Source: a virus (lineage: Duplodnaviria; Caudoviricetes). From it: DNA of 35,876 bases. Position 1 is the stretch's first letter; every line of letters starts with the position of its first letter. Position numbers and translations under genes: made by a program. Shown piece after piece: positions 1 through 9,898 of this stretch. The notes below the pieces were generated by a model. That model made no database searches and was not told the DNA's origin. It saw nothing but the letters and a program-made list of their open reading frames with translations. The stretch spans positions 1 to 35,876 of the IMG/VR virus record IMGVR_UViG_3300038379_000915; one strand, 5' to 3'.

Positions 1-2
1 GC

Positions 3-155
3 GCCTTCTGGCTCAACGAGGGCATGCTCGAAGCACAGTTCGAAGAGAAGCGCCGCGCCCAGCAGCTGGCCGTGCGCGGCCGCGTGCGCGAGGCGGACGA
101 CGGCGCCGGGATGCGCGGGCGCGTCGTGGGCCGGCGCGACAAGGAACGGAGGTAG
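3..155 (+). CDS. 3' end of a gene upstream of the tape measure; probable tail assembly chaperone (partial)
   Basis: Open frame AFWLNEGMLEAQFEEKRR...KERR* with GC3-rich codons, ending 3 nt before the tape measure ATG; this is the usual position of tail chaperones. Confidence 0.5.
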   Translation, partial: AFWLNEGMLEAQFEEKRRAQQLAVRGRVREADDGAGMRGRVVGRRDKERR

Positions 156-158
156 CCG

Positions 159-2285
159 ATGGCCAGGGGAGCACGTGAAGCCGCGATCCGCATGGGCATC
201 GACCAGCGCTACCTGCGCGCGTCGATCGGCTCGACGGAGCGGACGCTGCAGCGCTTCGGCGGCAAGGTGACCGCGGACCTCAACCGGACCTTCCGGGGCG
301 CCTTTGGGGGCTTCGGCGGGATCGCGGGCGTGCTCGGCATCGGCGCGCTGGCGGCCGAGGCGAAGAAGCTCATGGACTTCGAGACGCGCGTCGTGCGCCT
401 CGGGATCGCCTCGCGGTCGAGCGCGCAGCGGATGGCGCAGCTGAAGACGCAGATCTTCGCGGTCGGTCAGGCGCGAGGCCTCGACCCGAACGCGCTGCTC
501 GGCGGCGTGGAGAAGTTCGTCGCGCTGACCGGCGACATCGAGGCCGCGGCGAAGGCGCTCGACGCGTTCGGCATGGTGGCGTCGGCGACGGGCTCGAACG
601 TCCAGGACATCACCGTCGCCGCCGCGGCGCTGTCGACGAACCTCGGCGTGAGCGGCGACCTGATGAAGGACGCGTTCGCGGGCCTGGTCGCGCAGGGCAA
701 GGCTGGCGCCGTCGAGCTCAAGGACATGGCCGCCGAGCTGGCGGGCCTCACGCCGCAGTTCGCGACCTTCAACAAGGTGGGCGTCGAGGGCCTGCGCGAG
801 CTCGGCGCGCTCCTGCAGCTGGCGCGGCAGGGCTTCGGCTCGGCGGCCGAGACGGCGACGGGCATGACGTCGCTGATGACCAAGCTGGTGAAAAACGCGC
901 GGCAGCTCAAGGCCGTCGGCGTGAACGTCTTCGAGACCGGGCCGAACGGCGAGAAGCGCCTGCGCAACATGGCCGACATCATCTTCGAGCTCGGCGACAA
1001 GACGCAGGGCGACCCGGCGAAGCTGATGAAGGCCATCGGCGACATCGAGGCGTACAAGGCGCTGCTCCCGATCCTCAAGGAGGGCCGTGCCGAGTTCGAG
1101 AAGCTGGTCGCGGTGGCGGCCGGCGGATCGCGCGAGCTCGACGCCGACTTCGCCCGGATCGCCGAGACGCCAGCCTTCAAGATCGAGCAGGCGAAGGCGC
1201 AGCTGCAGCGCGTCTTCGACGAGCAGCTCGTGCGCGTCCTGCCCATCGTCGCGAGCGCGATGGAGAAGATCGCCGCGGCGGTCGAGTGGCTCGCGAAGCA
1301 CTCTACGGAGGCGGCCGCCCTGTTCATCGCGCTCAAGGGAGGCGGCTGGCTCGGCGGGCTCGCAGGCACGCTCGGTGGCGGCGCCGCGGGCGCGCTGGCC
1401 GGGGGCGGGCGCGGCGGCGCGCTCGGCAACCTGGCCATGACGGCGGCCGGCTGGGCGGTCGGCGGCGGCGGGCGCGGCGGCGTGGGCGCGGCAGGCCCGA
1501 CCCGGGGGCAGCGCCTGCTCGGCATGGGCGGCAACATGCTCCAGGGCGCCGGCATCGGCTACGCGCTCACGAGCCTGTCGCCGCACGGCGTGTCGTCCCT
1601 CGAGGCGGTGACCTCGACGGTCGCCGGCGCGCTCGCCGCGCTGCCCGGCCCGGTCGGGATGGCCGCGAAGGCGGCGCTCGGCCTGAAGGCGGCCTTCGAC
1701 CTGGCGAGCTCGAGCATCGACCGCAAGGAGAACCAGCGCGCCGCTCGGACGCTCGACGAGTTCTTCCTCGACCGAGGCAAGGACATGGGCCTCCACGTGT
1801 CGCCAGGCTCGCGCACGGGCGGCGTCTGGTTCGACCCCAACGTCGATCCGGAGAAGGCGCGGTCGGGCGCCCGCTCAATCCTCACCGAGGGCATGACGCA
1901 GGGCTTCATCACGCGCGACGGCACGGACGGCTTCAAGATGGATCGCGAGGCCATGAAGAAGTTCGTCCTGTCCCAGAAGGGATGGTCGGGCGCCAAGATG
2001 GCTGCGGCCGAAACAATGTTCAGCCACGCCTTCGCCATGATGACCGGCGCCGGTCCGATCGACGGCGACGCCGGGCTGCAGAGCTGGGCGCACGGCAGGA
2101 TGGCGCCCGTCGTCTTCGGCCAGGACACGGGCGGTGCGGTCAACCCGTCGCTCACCGCGGACCAGGCGATGGCCGCCGGCCAGGCGGCGGGCAAGGTCCT
2201 CATCCAGATCGGTGTGGCGCCCGGCTTCATCGCCGAGGTGCTCAACAACGACCCGAGCATCCGCACCAGCGGGGGAGGGCGGTAG
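159..2285 (+). CDS. Phage tail tape measure protein
   Basis: 708 aa, Ala/Gly-rich and helical; core with QGKAGAVELKDMA, GFGSAAETAT and GVNVF...LRN motifs typical of TP901-type tape measures; precedes baseplate genes. Confidence 0.9.
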   Translation: MARGAREAAIRMGIDQRYLRASIGSTERTLQRFGGKVTADLNRTFRGAFGGFGGIAGVLGIGALAAEAKKLMDFETRVVRLGIASRSSAQRMAQLKTQIFAVGQARGLDPNALLGGVEKFVALTGDIEAAAKALDAFGMVASATGSNVQDITVAAAALSTNLGVSGDLMKDAFAGLVAQGKAGAVELKDMAAELAGLTPQFATFNKVGVEGLRELGALLQLARQGFGSAAETATGMTSLMTKLVKNARQLKAVGVNVFETGPNGEKRLRNMADIIFELGDKTQGDPAKLMKAIGDIEAYKALLPILKEGRAEFEKLVAVAAGGSRELDADFARIAETPAFKIEQAKAQLQRVFDEQLVRVLPIVASAMEKIAAAVEWLAKHSTEAAALFIALKGGGWLGGLAGTLGGGAAGALAGGGRGGALGNLAMTAAGWAVGGGGRGGVGAAGPTRGQRLLGMGGNMLQGAGIGYALTSLSPHGVSSLEAVTSTVAGALAALPGPVGMAAKAALGLKAAFDLASSSIDRKENQRAARTLDEFFLDRGKDMGLHVSPGSRTGGVWFDPNVDPEKARSGARSILTEGMTQGFITRDGTDGFKMDREAMKKFVLSQKGWSGAKMAAAETMFSHAFAMMTGAGPIDGDAGLQSWAHGRMAPVVFGQDTGGAVNPSLTADQAMAAGQAAGKVLIQIGVAPGFIAEVLNNDPSIRTSGGGR

Positions 2286-2288
2286 GCC

Positions 2289-3248
2289 ATGCGCGACGTG
2301 TGGGCCGACGAGCTCTTCGAGTGCAGCTTCGGCGGGATCCGGCTGGACGTGCAGCTCACCCAGGACGTCGGCGGCCGAGTACTCGTGCCGTTCGAGTCGC
2401 CGGGGCGCGACGGCGCCGAGCTGCGCGACATGGGTGGCGAGCCGCGCGTCACGCGCTGCCGGCTCGTCTTCCTGGCCACGGCCGAGGACGACGACCCGAT
2501 GGCGCGCTTTCGTGCCCTCCACGACCTCGTGCGCGAGGGCGCGACGCGGACCTTCGTCCACCCCCTCACGGGCTCATTCGAGGCCAAGGTCGGGCAGTTC
2601 GACTACAGCGCCGAGGCCGACAGCCGCGGCCTGCTCGTCGTCGACGCCACCTTCCACGAGGACGCGACCCGGCCGGCGCTCTTCCAGCCGGGGCCGGGCG
2701 CGCAGCCGCTCGGCGGTGTCGAGGACGTCCGGGCGTCGGCGGCGGAGGTGGACGCCGGCCTGGTGGAGGTCAACGAGGAGCTCGGTCTCGAGGGCAGCTC
2801 GGCGCTCTCGACGACGGTGCACGAGGACGCGCTCGAGCTGGCCGAGACCTGGGAGGCCGCCGAGCCGGGCGCGCTCACCTCCCGCGACGTGACCATGGCG
2901 CTGAACAGCCTCACCAACGACCTCGAGCGAGAGATGGACCGGCTCGAGCTCGCCACCGACCTCGACCGCTGGCCGGTGCTGCAGGCCTTCAACCGCCTGC
3001 TCTACAGCGTGCGCAAGGCGGCCGAGACGGTCATCACCGACACGCCGAGGATCGTCGACTGGCGCCCGCTCGCGCCGACGTCCCTCTTCGCCTTCTGCCA
3101 GCGCACCTACGGCGCCGACGAGGCGGAGGAGCGGGCCGACCAGATCGAGCGGCTCAACGACATCAAGAACCCCGCGCGCATCGAGGCGGGCACGGTCCTC
3201 AAGGTGCCGGCGGCCTCGAGCTCGCCGCGCCTGCGGAGCCCTCGGTGA
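2289..3248 (+). CDS. Mu-like DNA circularisation/tail protein with C-terminal LysM-like motif
   Basis: N-terminal SFGGI..D...ESPGRDGAELRDMG...FVHPLTG matches the DNA-circulation N-terminal family; C-terminal YG...IERLNDIKNPARIEAGTVLKVP is LysM-like. Confidence 0.8.
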   Translation: MRDVWADELFECSFGGIRLDVQLTQDVGGRVLVPFESPGRDGAELRDMGGEPRVTRCRLVFLATAEDDDPMARFRALHDLVREGATRTFVHPLTGSFEAKVGQFDYSAEADSRGLLVVDATFHEDATRPALFQPGPGAQPLGGVEDVRASAAEVDAGLVEVNEELGLEGSSALSTTVHEDALELAETWEAAEPGALTSRDVTMALNSLTNDLEREMDRLELATDLDRWPVLQAFNRLLYSVRKAAETVITDTPRIVDWRPLAPTSLFAFCQRTYGADEAEERADQIERLNDIKNPARIEAGTVLKVPAASSSPRLRSPR

Positions 3249-4495
3249 GGCGGCTCGAGCACAAGGTCACCATCGTCTCGGGGGTCTACTCCATCGAGGG
3301 CTGGCAGACCTACGACATCACCAACGACATGCTGTCGCCGGCGGATGCCTTCTCGCTCGCGGTCGGCCCGACCACGCCCGAGCTGTGGCGCGCGCTCGCC
3401 AAGGACAGCGAGGTGCAGGTCTTCCTCGACGACACGCGCATCCTCACCGGCTTCATCGATCGGCGCGCCGGCTCGAGCTCGAAGCGGACCGGCTCCTCGA
3501 TCTCCATCAGCGGGCGCGACCGCGGCGGCCGGCTGGTCGACGAGCGCATGCCGCTCATCAGCTTCGGCGGGCTCGGGATCGCCGACCTGGCGAAGCGCTG
3601 CGCCGATCCGTGGATCCCGAACGTCGCGCTCTCGAACGCGACCAATCGGCGCCTCATCTCGGGCGGCGGGGCGGTGGGTCGCGTGTCGGGGGAGCCGCTC
3701 GTCGACGTGAATCTCAGCAACGGCCAAAGCGTCACCGTTCCTCGCTCAGTCGCCGGGGCCAAGTCGACGGGGAACAAGGCGCAAGACGAAGCCATCCTGC
3801 TCTTGTCCCAGGACGCGAAGCGCGCCGAGGCTCGGCGCAAGGTCCGCCCGGGCGAGAGCCGGTGGCAGGTGCTCGCCCACTTCCTCGAGGAGGCGAAGCT
3901 GCTCGCGTGGAGCTCGGCGGACGGCAAGACGCTCATCGTCGGTCAGCCCAACTACCAGCAGGAGCCGACCTTCACCTTCTTCCACCCGGGCCCGGGCTCG
4001 ATCCGCGCCGACGAGTCGAACGTCGAGAGCCTCGAGGTCGTCGACGACTGCGGCGAGATGTACTCCAAGATCATCTGCCTCTCCGAGACCCACGACGACT
4101 TTGACGACGCCGTTACCCGCGTGTCCGGCGAGGCGGTCGACGGCCCCGGGCCCGACGGCACCGGCAAGCACCTGCAGCACCCGAAGGTCCTGATCGTTAC
4201 CGACAACGACGTGAAGACCCGGAAGCAGGCGATCGCGCGCGCCGAGCGCGAGCTGGCCGAGCGCGCCGCGGCCGGGCACGAGCTCGTGATCACCGTCCGC
4301 GGCCACGGCCAGCGGCGGGCCGGCGCCGCGCGGCCGACCCTCTACGCCTTCGACCTGATGGCCCGGGTGGAGTCGGAGGAATTCGAGATCAAGGGCGACT
4401 ACCTCATCACCCGCGTTCGGTTCTCGTGCTCCAAGGAGCAGGGGCCGACCACCGAGCTGCGCCTCGTGCCCAAGGGCACTGTGCTCACCGTGTAG
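3245..4495 (+). CDS. Mu gp44-like baseplate hub/tail protein
   Basis: True start is GTG 3245, overlapping the previous stop; GWQTYDI..DMLSPADAF, ILTGFID, ISGRD..GRLVD, PGESRWQVL and YLITRVRF motifs. Confidence 0.85.
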   Translation: MRRLEHKVTIVSGVYSIEGWQTYDITNDMLSPADAFSLAVGPTTPELWRALAKDSEVQVFLDDTRILTGFIDRRAGSSSKRTGSSISISGRDRGGRLVDERMPLISFGGLGIADLAKRCADPWIPNVALSNATNRRLISGGGAVGRVSGEPLVDVNLSNGQSVTVPRSVAGAKSTGNKAQDEAILLLSQDAKRAEARRKVRPGESRWQVLAHFLEEAKLLAWSSADGKTLIVGQPNYQQEPTFTFFHPGPGSIRADESNVESLEVVDDCGEMYSKIICLSETHDDFDDAVTRVSGEAVDGPGPDGTGKHLQHPKVLIVTDNDVKTRKQAIARAERELAERAAAGHELVITVRGHGQRRAGAARPTLYAFDLMARVESEEFEIKGDYLITRVRFSCSKEQGPTTELRLVPKGTVLTV

Positions 4496-4506
4496 GAGGA
4501 CTCTCG

Positions 4507-5073
4507 ATGCGTCAGACCATCTGGGACCGGCGCCAGCGCCAGAGCGGGACCGCGGTCCGGATCGGCAGCCTCGTCCGCCGGCTGGTCGTGAAGGCGGCCA
4601 CGGCCGTGAACCGGTGGCAGCTCGCCGGGCACGTGGACGACGAGGGCAACGAGGAGCCCTTCGAGAGCGTGCCGGTCTACCAGCAGGTGGGCTTCGTCTC
4701 GCGGCCGAAGGCGGGCACCGGGAAGACGAAGGCGATCCTCGTCGCCGCCGGCGGCAGCGCGCGCGCCGTCGCCGTGATCGCCTCGGACGACCCGACCGGG
4801 AAGCCGGCGCTTGACCACGACGAGACCGCGATCTTCAACAGCCTGGTCCGGGTCATCTGCACGGACGACGGGACAGTACTGATCGACAACGGCAGCGGCG
4901 CAGTGCCGCTGGCCCTCAAGAGCGACGTCGAGGCGCTGCGCACGGCCTTCAACGCCCACACCCATGTGGCGAGCGTCCCGATCACCGGGCCGGCGGGGAC
5001 GACGGCGGTCGCAATGGTCGCGCCGTCCGCCGCGCCCGCGGTGGTCGGGACCTCCGTCCTTAAGGGCAAGTAG
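4507..5073 (+). CDS. Mu gp45-like baseplate spike (gpV)
   Basis: SD AGGAGGA before ATG 4507; QQVGFVSRP motif and C-terminal HTH (FNAHTH) metal-binding spike motif. Confidence 0.85.
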   Translation: MRQTIWDRRQRQSGTAVRIGSLVRRLVVKAATAVNRWQLAGHVDDEGNEEPFESVPVYQQVGFVSRPKAGTGKTKAILVAAGGSARAVAVIASDDPTGKPALDHDETAIFNSLVRVICTDDGTVLIDNGSGAVPLALKSDVEALRTAFNAHTHVASVPITGPAGTTAVAMVAPSAAPAVVGTSVLKGK

Positions 5074-5089
5074 CCCGATTCCGCCGGGG

Positions 5090-5127
5090 AGTGGCGTCCC
5101 GCGCGCGCTGCCGCGCACCCTTGGGCC
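5090..5127 (+). promoter_or_regulatory. Putative late promoter, copy 1 (AGTGGCG-N19-CACCCT-N6-ATG)
   Basis: Intergenic; same motif and spacing recur at 9475 and 13146. Confidence 0.6.
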
Positions 5128-5511
5128 ATGCCCGGCTGGGACCTCCGCATCGACCCCGTCACGAAGGACTATGTCGACGACGGCAGGGGTGGGTTCCAGA
5201 CCACCGAGACCATCGAGACGATGCTCTACCACCAGCTCCAGACCAGGCGAAACGAGTGGGTTGCCGACCCGGAGCTTGGCTGCACCGCGCACCTCATCCC
5301 GCCGAAGGACACCGCCTCGGTCGCCCTGCGCCGGCGCGACGCTTTCCTGCAGGCGCTCAAGGAGTTCGTCGACCTCGGCCTCGCCGCCGACCTGGTCGTC
5401 GAGGTCGACCGCGACCAGCGCGGCCGGCAGGTGATCCGGTCGTCCATCCGTGACGTGCAGCGCGGCGAGATCAACCTGCAGGGCCTCCTGCCCTTCGCCC
5501 CCGGAGAGTGA
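5128..5511 (+). CDS. Mu gp46-like baseplate wedge protein
   Basis: 127 aa; W.ADPELG motif and 'ALKEFVDLGLA'; sits between the gp45-like and gp47-like genes. Confidence 0.8.
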   Translation: MPGWDLRIDPVTKDYVDDGRGGFQTTETIETMLYHQLQTRRNEWVADPELGCTAHLIPPKDTASVALRRRDAFLQALKEFVDLGLAADLVVEVDRDQRGRQVIRSSIRDVQRGEINLQGLLPFAPGE

Positions 5512-5513
5512 CG

Positions 5514-6935
5514 ATGGCCTTCAAGCTGCCGAGCCTCCGCGAGCTGATCGACGACGTCGTCCGGGACTTCAGCAACAAGTTCCCGGGCGCGAACGTCGCC
5601 AAGAAGAGCGACAACTGGCTGCGCGCCGCGGTGAAGGCGACGGCGGTGGCGCTCGTGCTGCGCCGGCTCCGCGTGATCGAGCGCGACCTCTGGCCCGACA
5701 CTGCGAGCGGCGACGAGCTCGAGCGGCACGCCGCGATCCGCGGCATCACGCGGCGGCCGGCCACGCCCGCGAAGAAGGCCAACGCCGGCCGGCTCGTCGG
5801 CACGGCGACCTCGGCCTTCACGGCGGGGGCGCAGCTCACGCACGCGTCGGGGCTGCGCTTCCAGCTCAACGAGAGCGGCGCCATCCCCGGGGGCGGCTTC
5901 ATCGACGTGGACATCCTGGCGATCGACGTCGGCTCGGCCACGCGCCTGAGCGCCGGCGAGGTCCTCACGTTCGTGTCGCCACCGGCGGGCATCAACGCGC
6001 AGGTCGCCCTGGTGCTGTCGCTCGACGAGGACGGCGCCGACGAGGAGACCGACGGCGAGCTGCAGACGCGCATCCTCGACAAGATCGCCCAGCCCGGCAT
6101 GGGCGGGAACGCGAACGACTACCGGCAGTGGGCGAAGGAGGTCACCGGCATCTTCGAGGCCTACGTCTGGCCGAACCGCGGCGGGCTGGGCTCGGTCCAC
6201 ATCGCGGCCGTGCATCCCGGCAGCGGCGCCGCGCGCATCCTCTCGGCAGGCGAGGTCACGGCGCTGCAGACGTACCTCGACGGCAAGCGGCCGGTCGGCA
6301 TGGCCGACTGCAAGGTGCTCACCGTCGTCGAGCAGAAGCAGCAGATCGATCTCCGCGTGACCGTCGACTCCGACCCGCAGTTCGCCTGGGATTGGGTCGA
6401 CAACGGGGCGTGGACCGTCGCGTCCTGGACCGGCGGCACGCGCACGCTGCAGCTCAGCGCGAACCGGCCGGCCGACATGCAGGTCGGCGACCGGCTGACC
6501 TACAAGCGCACGACGGGGACGCTCAACAGCGGGAAGCAGCACGTCATCGAGGCCTTCGGCTCGAACCCGGACGAGGTGGTCCTGAAGGACGACCCCGAGC
6601 TGGCGGCCACGCCGCCGGTGGCCGGGAACCCGGTCTACGCCGGCGGCGCCATCGTCGACCCGATCCGCGAGAAGGGCCAGGCGCTCATCGACGCGCTCGG
6701 GCCCGGGCGGCCGGACACCTGGCCTTACGTCGGCACCCGGCCCGACTACTCCGTCGGCGGCACGTACTGGGATGGCACGCTGCGGCCGTCGCGCCTGCAG
6801 GCCGCGGCTGCGAAGGTCGACGGCGCCGTCGACACCATCGTGGTCGCGCCGGCGGCGAACGTCGAGGCGACGAACCTCGCCCCGGCGAACACGGTGAACC
6901 TCATCACGGTCGACCAGTTCATCGTGAGGCAGTAG
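5514..6935 (+). CDS. Baseplate J / Mu gp47-like protein
   Basis: PDTASGDELERHA, GADEETDGEL..R, GG.ANDYRQWA.EV.G and RP motifs; an alternative GTG start exists at 5508. Confidence 0.9.
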   Translation: MAFKLPSLRELIDDVVRDFSNKFPGANVAKKSDNWLRAAVKATAVALVLRRLRVIERDLWPDTASGDELERHAAIRGITRRPATPAKKANAGRLVGTATSAFTAGAQLTHASGLRFQLNESGAIPGGGFIDVDILAIDVGSATRLSAGEVLTFVSPPAGINAQVALVLSLDEDGADEETDGELQTRILDKIAQPGMGGNANDYRQWAKEVTGIFEAYVWPNRGGLGSVHIAAVHPGSGAARILSAGEVTALQTYLDGKRPVGMADCKVLTVVEQKQQIDLRVTVDSDPQFAWDWVDNGAWTVASWTGGTRTLQLSANRPADMQVGDRLTYKRTTGTLNSGKQHVIEAFGSNPDEVVLKDDPELAATPPVAGNPVYAGGAIVDPIREKGQALIDALGPGRPDTWPYVGTRPDYSVGGTYWDGTLRPSRLQAAAAKVDGAVDTIVVAPAANVEATNLAPANTVNLITVDQFIVRQ

Positions 6936-6938
6936 CGC

Positions 6939-8858
6939 ATGACCCTCGCCTTCGCGCAGCCGCTCGACTCCAGCGCCGACGCCGAGACCGTCGCGCTCTG
7001 GCACTTCGACGAGACCTCGACGCAGCAGCGCCCGCAGGACGTGCAGGGGCACCTCGAGCCGCTCGGGCTCGCGCTGCCGGTGTGGCCTGATGTCGTCGAC
7101 GCACGCTTCGGCAAGGGCCGGCAGTTCTCGACCGTCCAGGCCTTCAAGACGGCAGAGACCGCGGCCGGCGCCGGCAAGCTGCGGCTGACGCGGTCGCTCA
7201 CCGTCGAGGCGGTCGTGACGTACGCGCCGGTCGATGGAGCCGTGCAGCAGCTCGTGCTCCACGGCGACGCGGCGGCGCTCGGGAGCTGCTACCTCTACGG
7301 CGTCGCGATCGCGCGCGTGGCCGGCCAGGACTACCTCCGCTTCAGGTGGCAGCGCTCGGGCCTTACGCACGCGACCGTGCCCGACCTGGCGGTGACGCTG
7401 CCGAGCGGCGACTTCTACCTGGCCGCGGTCCGCGAGTGGATCTCGACCGCGGAGGTGAAGGTCCACTGGTACATCAACGGCCAGCACGTGGGCTCGGTCA
7501 CGTCGGCCCACGGGGACATCGACGGGGGCTCGACGGGCGGGCTCACCATCGGCGCCCGCAACAGCGTGGGCGTCTACAGCTTCGACCAGTGGCGCGGGAC
7601 GATCGACGAGCTGCGCATCTCGCGCGGGGTGCGCTCGGCCGAGGAGATCGCGCATACCTACGCGACGCTCTACGTCTACCCGGAACTCATGTACGAGCTG
7701 GTGAAGGCGTGCCTCCCGCCCGGGCAGAGCTACTCGACCGACCCGAGCTCGCGCGTCCAGCGCCAGCTGCGCGTGTTCAGCGACGCGCTCGGCACGGCCT
7801 GGGCGAAGGCCGTCGAGCTGGCGTTCTACTACCACCCCGACGTGGCCTGGTCGCTGCTCGACCGCTGGGAGGCCGTCACGCGCCTGTCGCCGCTCCCGGG
7901 CGACTCCATCGCCACCCGGCGCGAGCGCGTGGTCGGCCACCTGCGCAAGGTGCACGGCTACACGCGCGACGACATCAAGATCGCCCTGCGCCAGCTGCTC
8001 GCGCTCGACGACGCGGACATCGTCCTGGTCGAGCACAGCAACATTCTCACCGACACCTTCGCGTCACTCGCGAGCTACTGGGTGAGCGAGCCGCGCGCAG
8101 GCACGGTCGGCGTCGCCGGCGGCAATCTCGACCTCGACGCGGGCGTCGGCGTCGACGTGCGCTGGGACGGCGCCTTCGATAAGGCGCCCCGCGTCCGCGC
8201 GACGCTGGCGGAGGGCTTCCGCTGCGAGATCGCGGCGGCCTTCCAGATCTCCTCGCTGCCCGCGTCGTGCTGGGCCGGCATCTACCAGCTCGACCTGGTC
8301 ACTGGCTACTTCCAGATCTTCGGCCTCTACAACCAGGGCGGCAACCGCAGGCTGTGGACGCGGAAGGTGGACAGCCAGGGGGTGATCGACATCTTCGGCG
8401 CCTCGAACCCGCTCGGCGCCGCCACGACCTACTGGCTGCGCTCCGTGGACTCGGGCGCGGGCTTCGGCGGCACCATCGTGCTGCCCTACCACCGGCTCGA
8501 CGGCGCGGGCTACGAGGCCGGGTGGCTCGACGACTTCGGCTCCGACCCCTACAACATCATCGGCGGCAACCGCTGCTGGTGGGGGCTCGCCATCGGCTCC
8601 GACCTGAGCGCCCTCGCCTCAGCGATCTCCGTCGACGTGCTCGAGTGCCGGGTGTGGTGCCCGCAGTGGCGAGGCGTCTACGACTGGTTCATCTACCGCG
8701 ACCCGGCGATCCTGCCGACCGCCTACGACCGCGTGGGCGCCCAGCAGGTCGTCGACCGCATGAAGCCGGCGCACACGCGCGGCACCATCATCGAGTCGCT
8801 CGCCGCGGTGGCCGGCTCGCCCTACAGCCGCGTCGGCGGCGTGCCCGTCGGAGGCTAA
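6939..8858 (+). CDS. LamG-domain / Mu gp48 (YmfQ/DUF2313)-like baseplate fusion protein
   Basis: N-terminal ALWHFDE...LTVEA...WYING...GTIDELRIS (LamG-like); then LPPG...LLDRWEAV...RRERV and C-terminal KPAHT of the gp48 family. Confidence 0.75.
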   Translation: MTLAFAQPLDSSADAETVALWHFDETSTQQRPQDVQGHLEPLGLALPVWPDVVDARFGKGRQFSTVQAFKTAETAAGAGKLRLTRSLTVEAVVTYAPVDGAVQQLVLHGDAAALGSCYLYGVAIARVAGQDYLRFRWQRSGLTHATVPDLAVTLPSGDFYLAAVREWISTAEVKVHWYINGQHVGSVTSAHGDIDGGSTGGLTIGARNSVGVYSFDQWRGTIDELRISRGVRSAEEIAHTYATLYVYPELMYELVKACLPPGQSYSTDPSSRVQRQLRVFSDALGTAWAKAVELAFYYHPDVAWSLLDRWEAVTRLSPLPGDSIATRRERVVGHLRKVHGYTRDDIKIALRQLLALDDADIVLVEHSNILTDTFASLASYWVSEPRAGTVGVAGGNLDLDAGVGVDVRWDGAFDKAPRVRATLAEGFRCEIAAAFQISSLPASCWAGIYQLDLVTGYFQIFGLYNQGGNRRLWTRKVDSQGVIDIFGASNPLGAATTYWLRSVDSGAGFGGTIVLPYHRLDGAGYEAGWLDDFGSDPYNIIGGNRCWWGLAIGSDLSALASAISVDVLECRVWCPQWRGVYDWFIYRDPAILPTAYDRVGAQQVVDRMKPAHTRGTIIESLAAVAGSPYSRVGGVPVGG

Positions 8859-8863
8859 GCACC

Positions 8864-9433
8864 ATGGCCCTGCCCAGCAGCCGGAATCGCACCTACGTCC
8901 ACGGCGCCACCATCATCGAGGCGCAGGACATGAACGAGCTCCAGGACTACCTGGTCACCCTGCTTTCGACGCCGATCGAGGTCTTCGTGCCCGCGGCAGC
9001 GGGCGAGTGGTACTCCGGCGGCGGGACCGTCGCGAACCGAGCCGGCGACCTCAACGTGGCGGGCGGCGTGGCGAGCGAGATCGTCGGCGTGACGGCCAGC
9101 CTGACCGTCGAGTTCCCGCTGCTCGTGCCCGTCGGCTTCCGGCTGCGGGAGGTCAAGGCGTACGTCGGAGCGAACGCGGCGTCGGCGATGTTCCTCCGCC
9201 TGATGTCCGAGGGACTGGCCGGCGCCACCAAGACCCAGCGCGGGACGATGAAGTCCTCGGCCCTGGCCGCGACGAACCAGACGCTCACCATCGACGCGAC
9301 GTCGGACCCGTCGGTGATGCCGTACACGGTCGCGGCCGGCGAGGCCATGGTGGCTCAAGTGCAGTTCGGCACGACCACGCCGAGCACGCAGAAGATCCGC
9401 GGCGTGTCCTTCAAGTACTCCCGCTTCCTGTAG
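8864..9433 (+). CDS. Putative tail fibre/baseplate-associated protein
   Basis: MALPSSRNRTY...AQDMNELQD resembles a fibre N-terminal attachment motif; follows the gp48-like gene. Confidence 0.55.
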   Translation: MALPSSRNRTYVHGATIIEAQDMNELQDYLVTLLSTPIEVFVPAAAGEWYSGGGTVANRAGDLNVAGGVASEIVGVTASLTVEFPLLVPVGFRLREVKAYVGANAASAMFLRLMSEGLAGATKTQRGTMKSSALAATNQTLTIDATSDPSVMPYTVAAGEAMVAQVQFGTTTPSTQKIRGVSFKYSRFL

Positions 9434-9448
9434 TCCCGCTTCCTGTAG
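9419..9448 (+). repeat. 15-bp perfect tandem duplication TCCCGCTTCCTGTAG x2 including the stop codon
   Basis: 9419-9433 is identical to 9434-9448. Confidence 0.95.
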
Positions 9449-9474
9449 GTCTCGGTCTCGCAGACCCTCCGTGA

Positions 9475-9512
9475 AGTGGCGGGCTCGCTGGCCAGGCCCC
9501 GACCATCGAGCC
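9475..9512 (+). promoter_or_regulatory. Putative late promoter, copy 2 (AGTGGCG-N19-GACCAT-N6-ATG)
   Basis: Intergenic; identical geometry to the copies at 5090 and 13146. Confidence 0.6.
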
Positions 9513-9893
9513 ATGGGCTTCAACGAAGAGCAGGCACGGGCGGCGAAGCTCGGACGCGTGACCACGCCTGGAGGCGTCCTCGGCGAGAACGTCGAGCAGG
9601 ACATTGCCGTCACGGTCGGCAAGCTTGGCCCGCTTCCTGATGGGCAGTACACCCTTGAGGCGACGGTGAAGTGTTACGTCCTGCAGTGCGACAAGGCGTA
9701 CGCGGACACCAACCCATCGGCGGCGACCGTCAAGGCGGAGGGGGTCATCGTGCCCGCAGGTGCCGAGGTGACATTCAACGTCGACGCGCCCATCGGCGAC
9801 GCGGCCAAGGGTGATGGGTACCTTCTCTGGGTGCGCGATACCGTCGATGGGAAGCTCCGCATCAACGACCGCACCACCGCGAGGAGGGGGTAG
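9513..9893 (+). CDS. Hypothetical virion-region protein
   Basis: ATG 9513 (MGFNEEQ...), beta-rich, 126 aa. Confidence 0.6.
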   Translation: MGFNEEQARAAKLGRVTTPGGVLGENVEQDIAVTVGKLGPLPDGQYTLEATVKCYVLQCDKAYADTNPSAATVKAEGVIVPAGAEVTFNVDAPIGDAAKGDGYLLWVRDTVDGKLRINDRTTARRG

Positions 9894-9898
9894 CCCCC

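Noticed and set aside
1286-3244. N-terminal ~650 aa of the 1069-aa ORF
   Set aside because: Arg-rich shadow frame overlapping the tape measure and circularisation genes; the real gene starts at GTG 3245.
5226-8036. 936-aa minus-strand ORF and similar long antisense ORFs (e.g. 30685-32862)
   Set aside because: Antisense shadows of clearly recognisable plus-strand genes; stop codons are scarce at this GC content.
159-8858. Transposable Mu-like phage or stand-alone tailocin/eCIS
   Set aside because: Only the tail module is Mu-like; there is no MuA/MuB, and a lambdoid immunity and replication region is contiguous with it.
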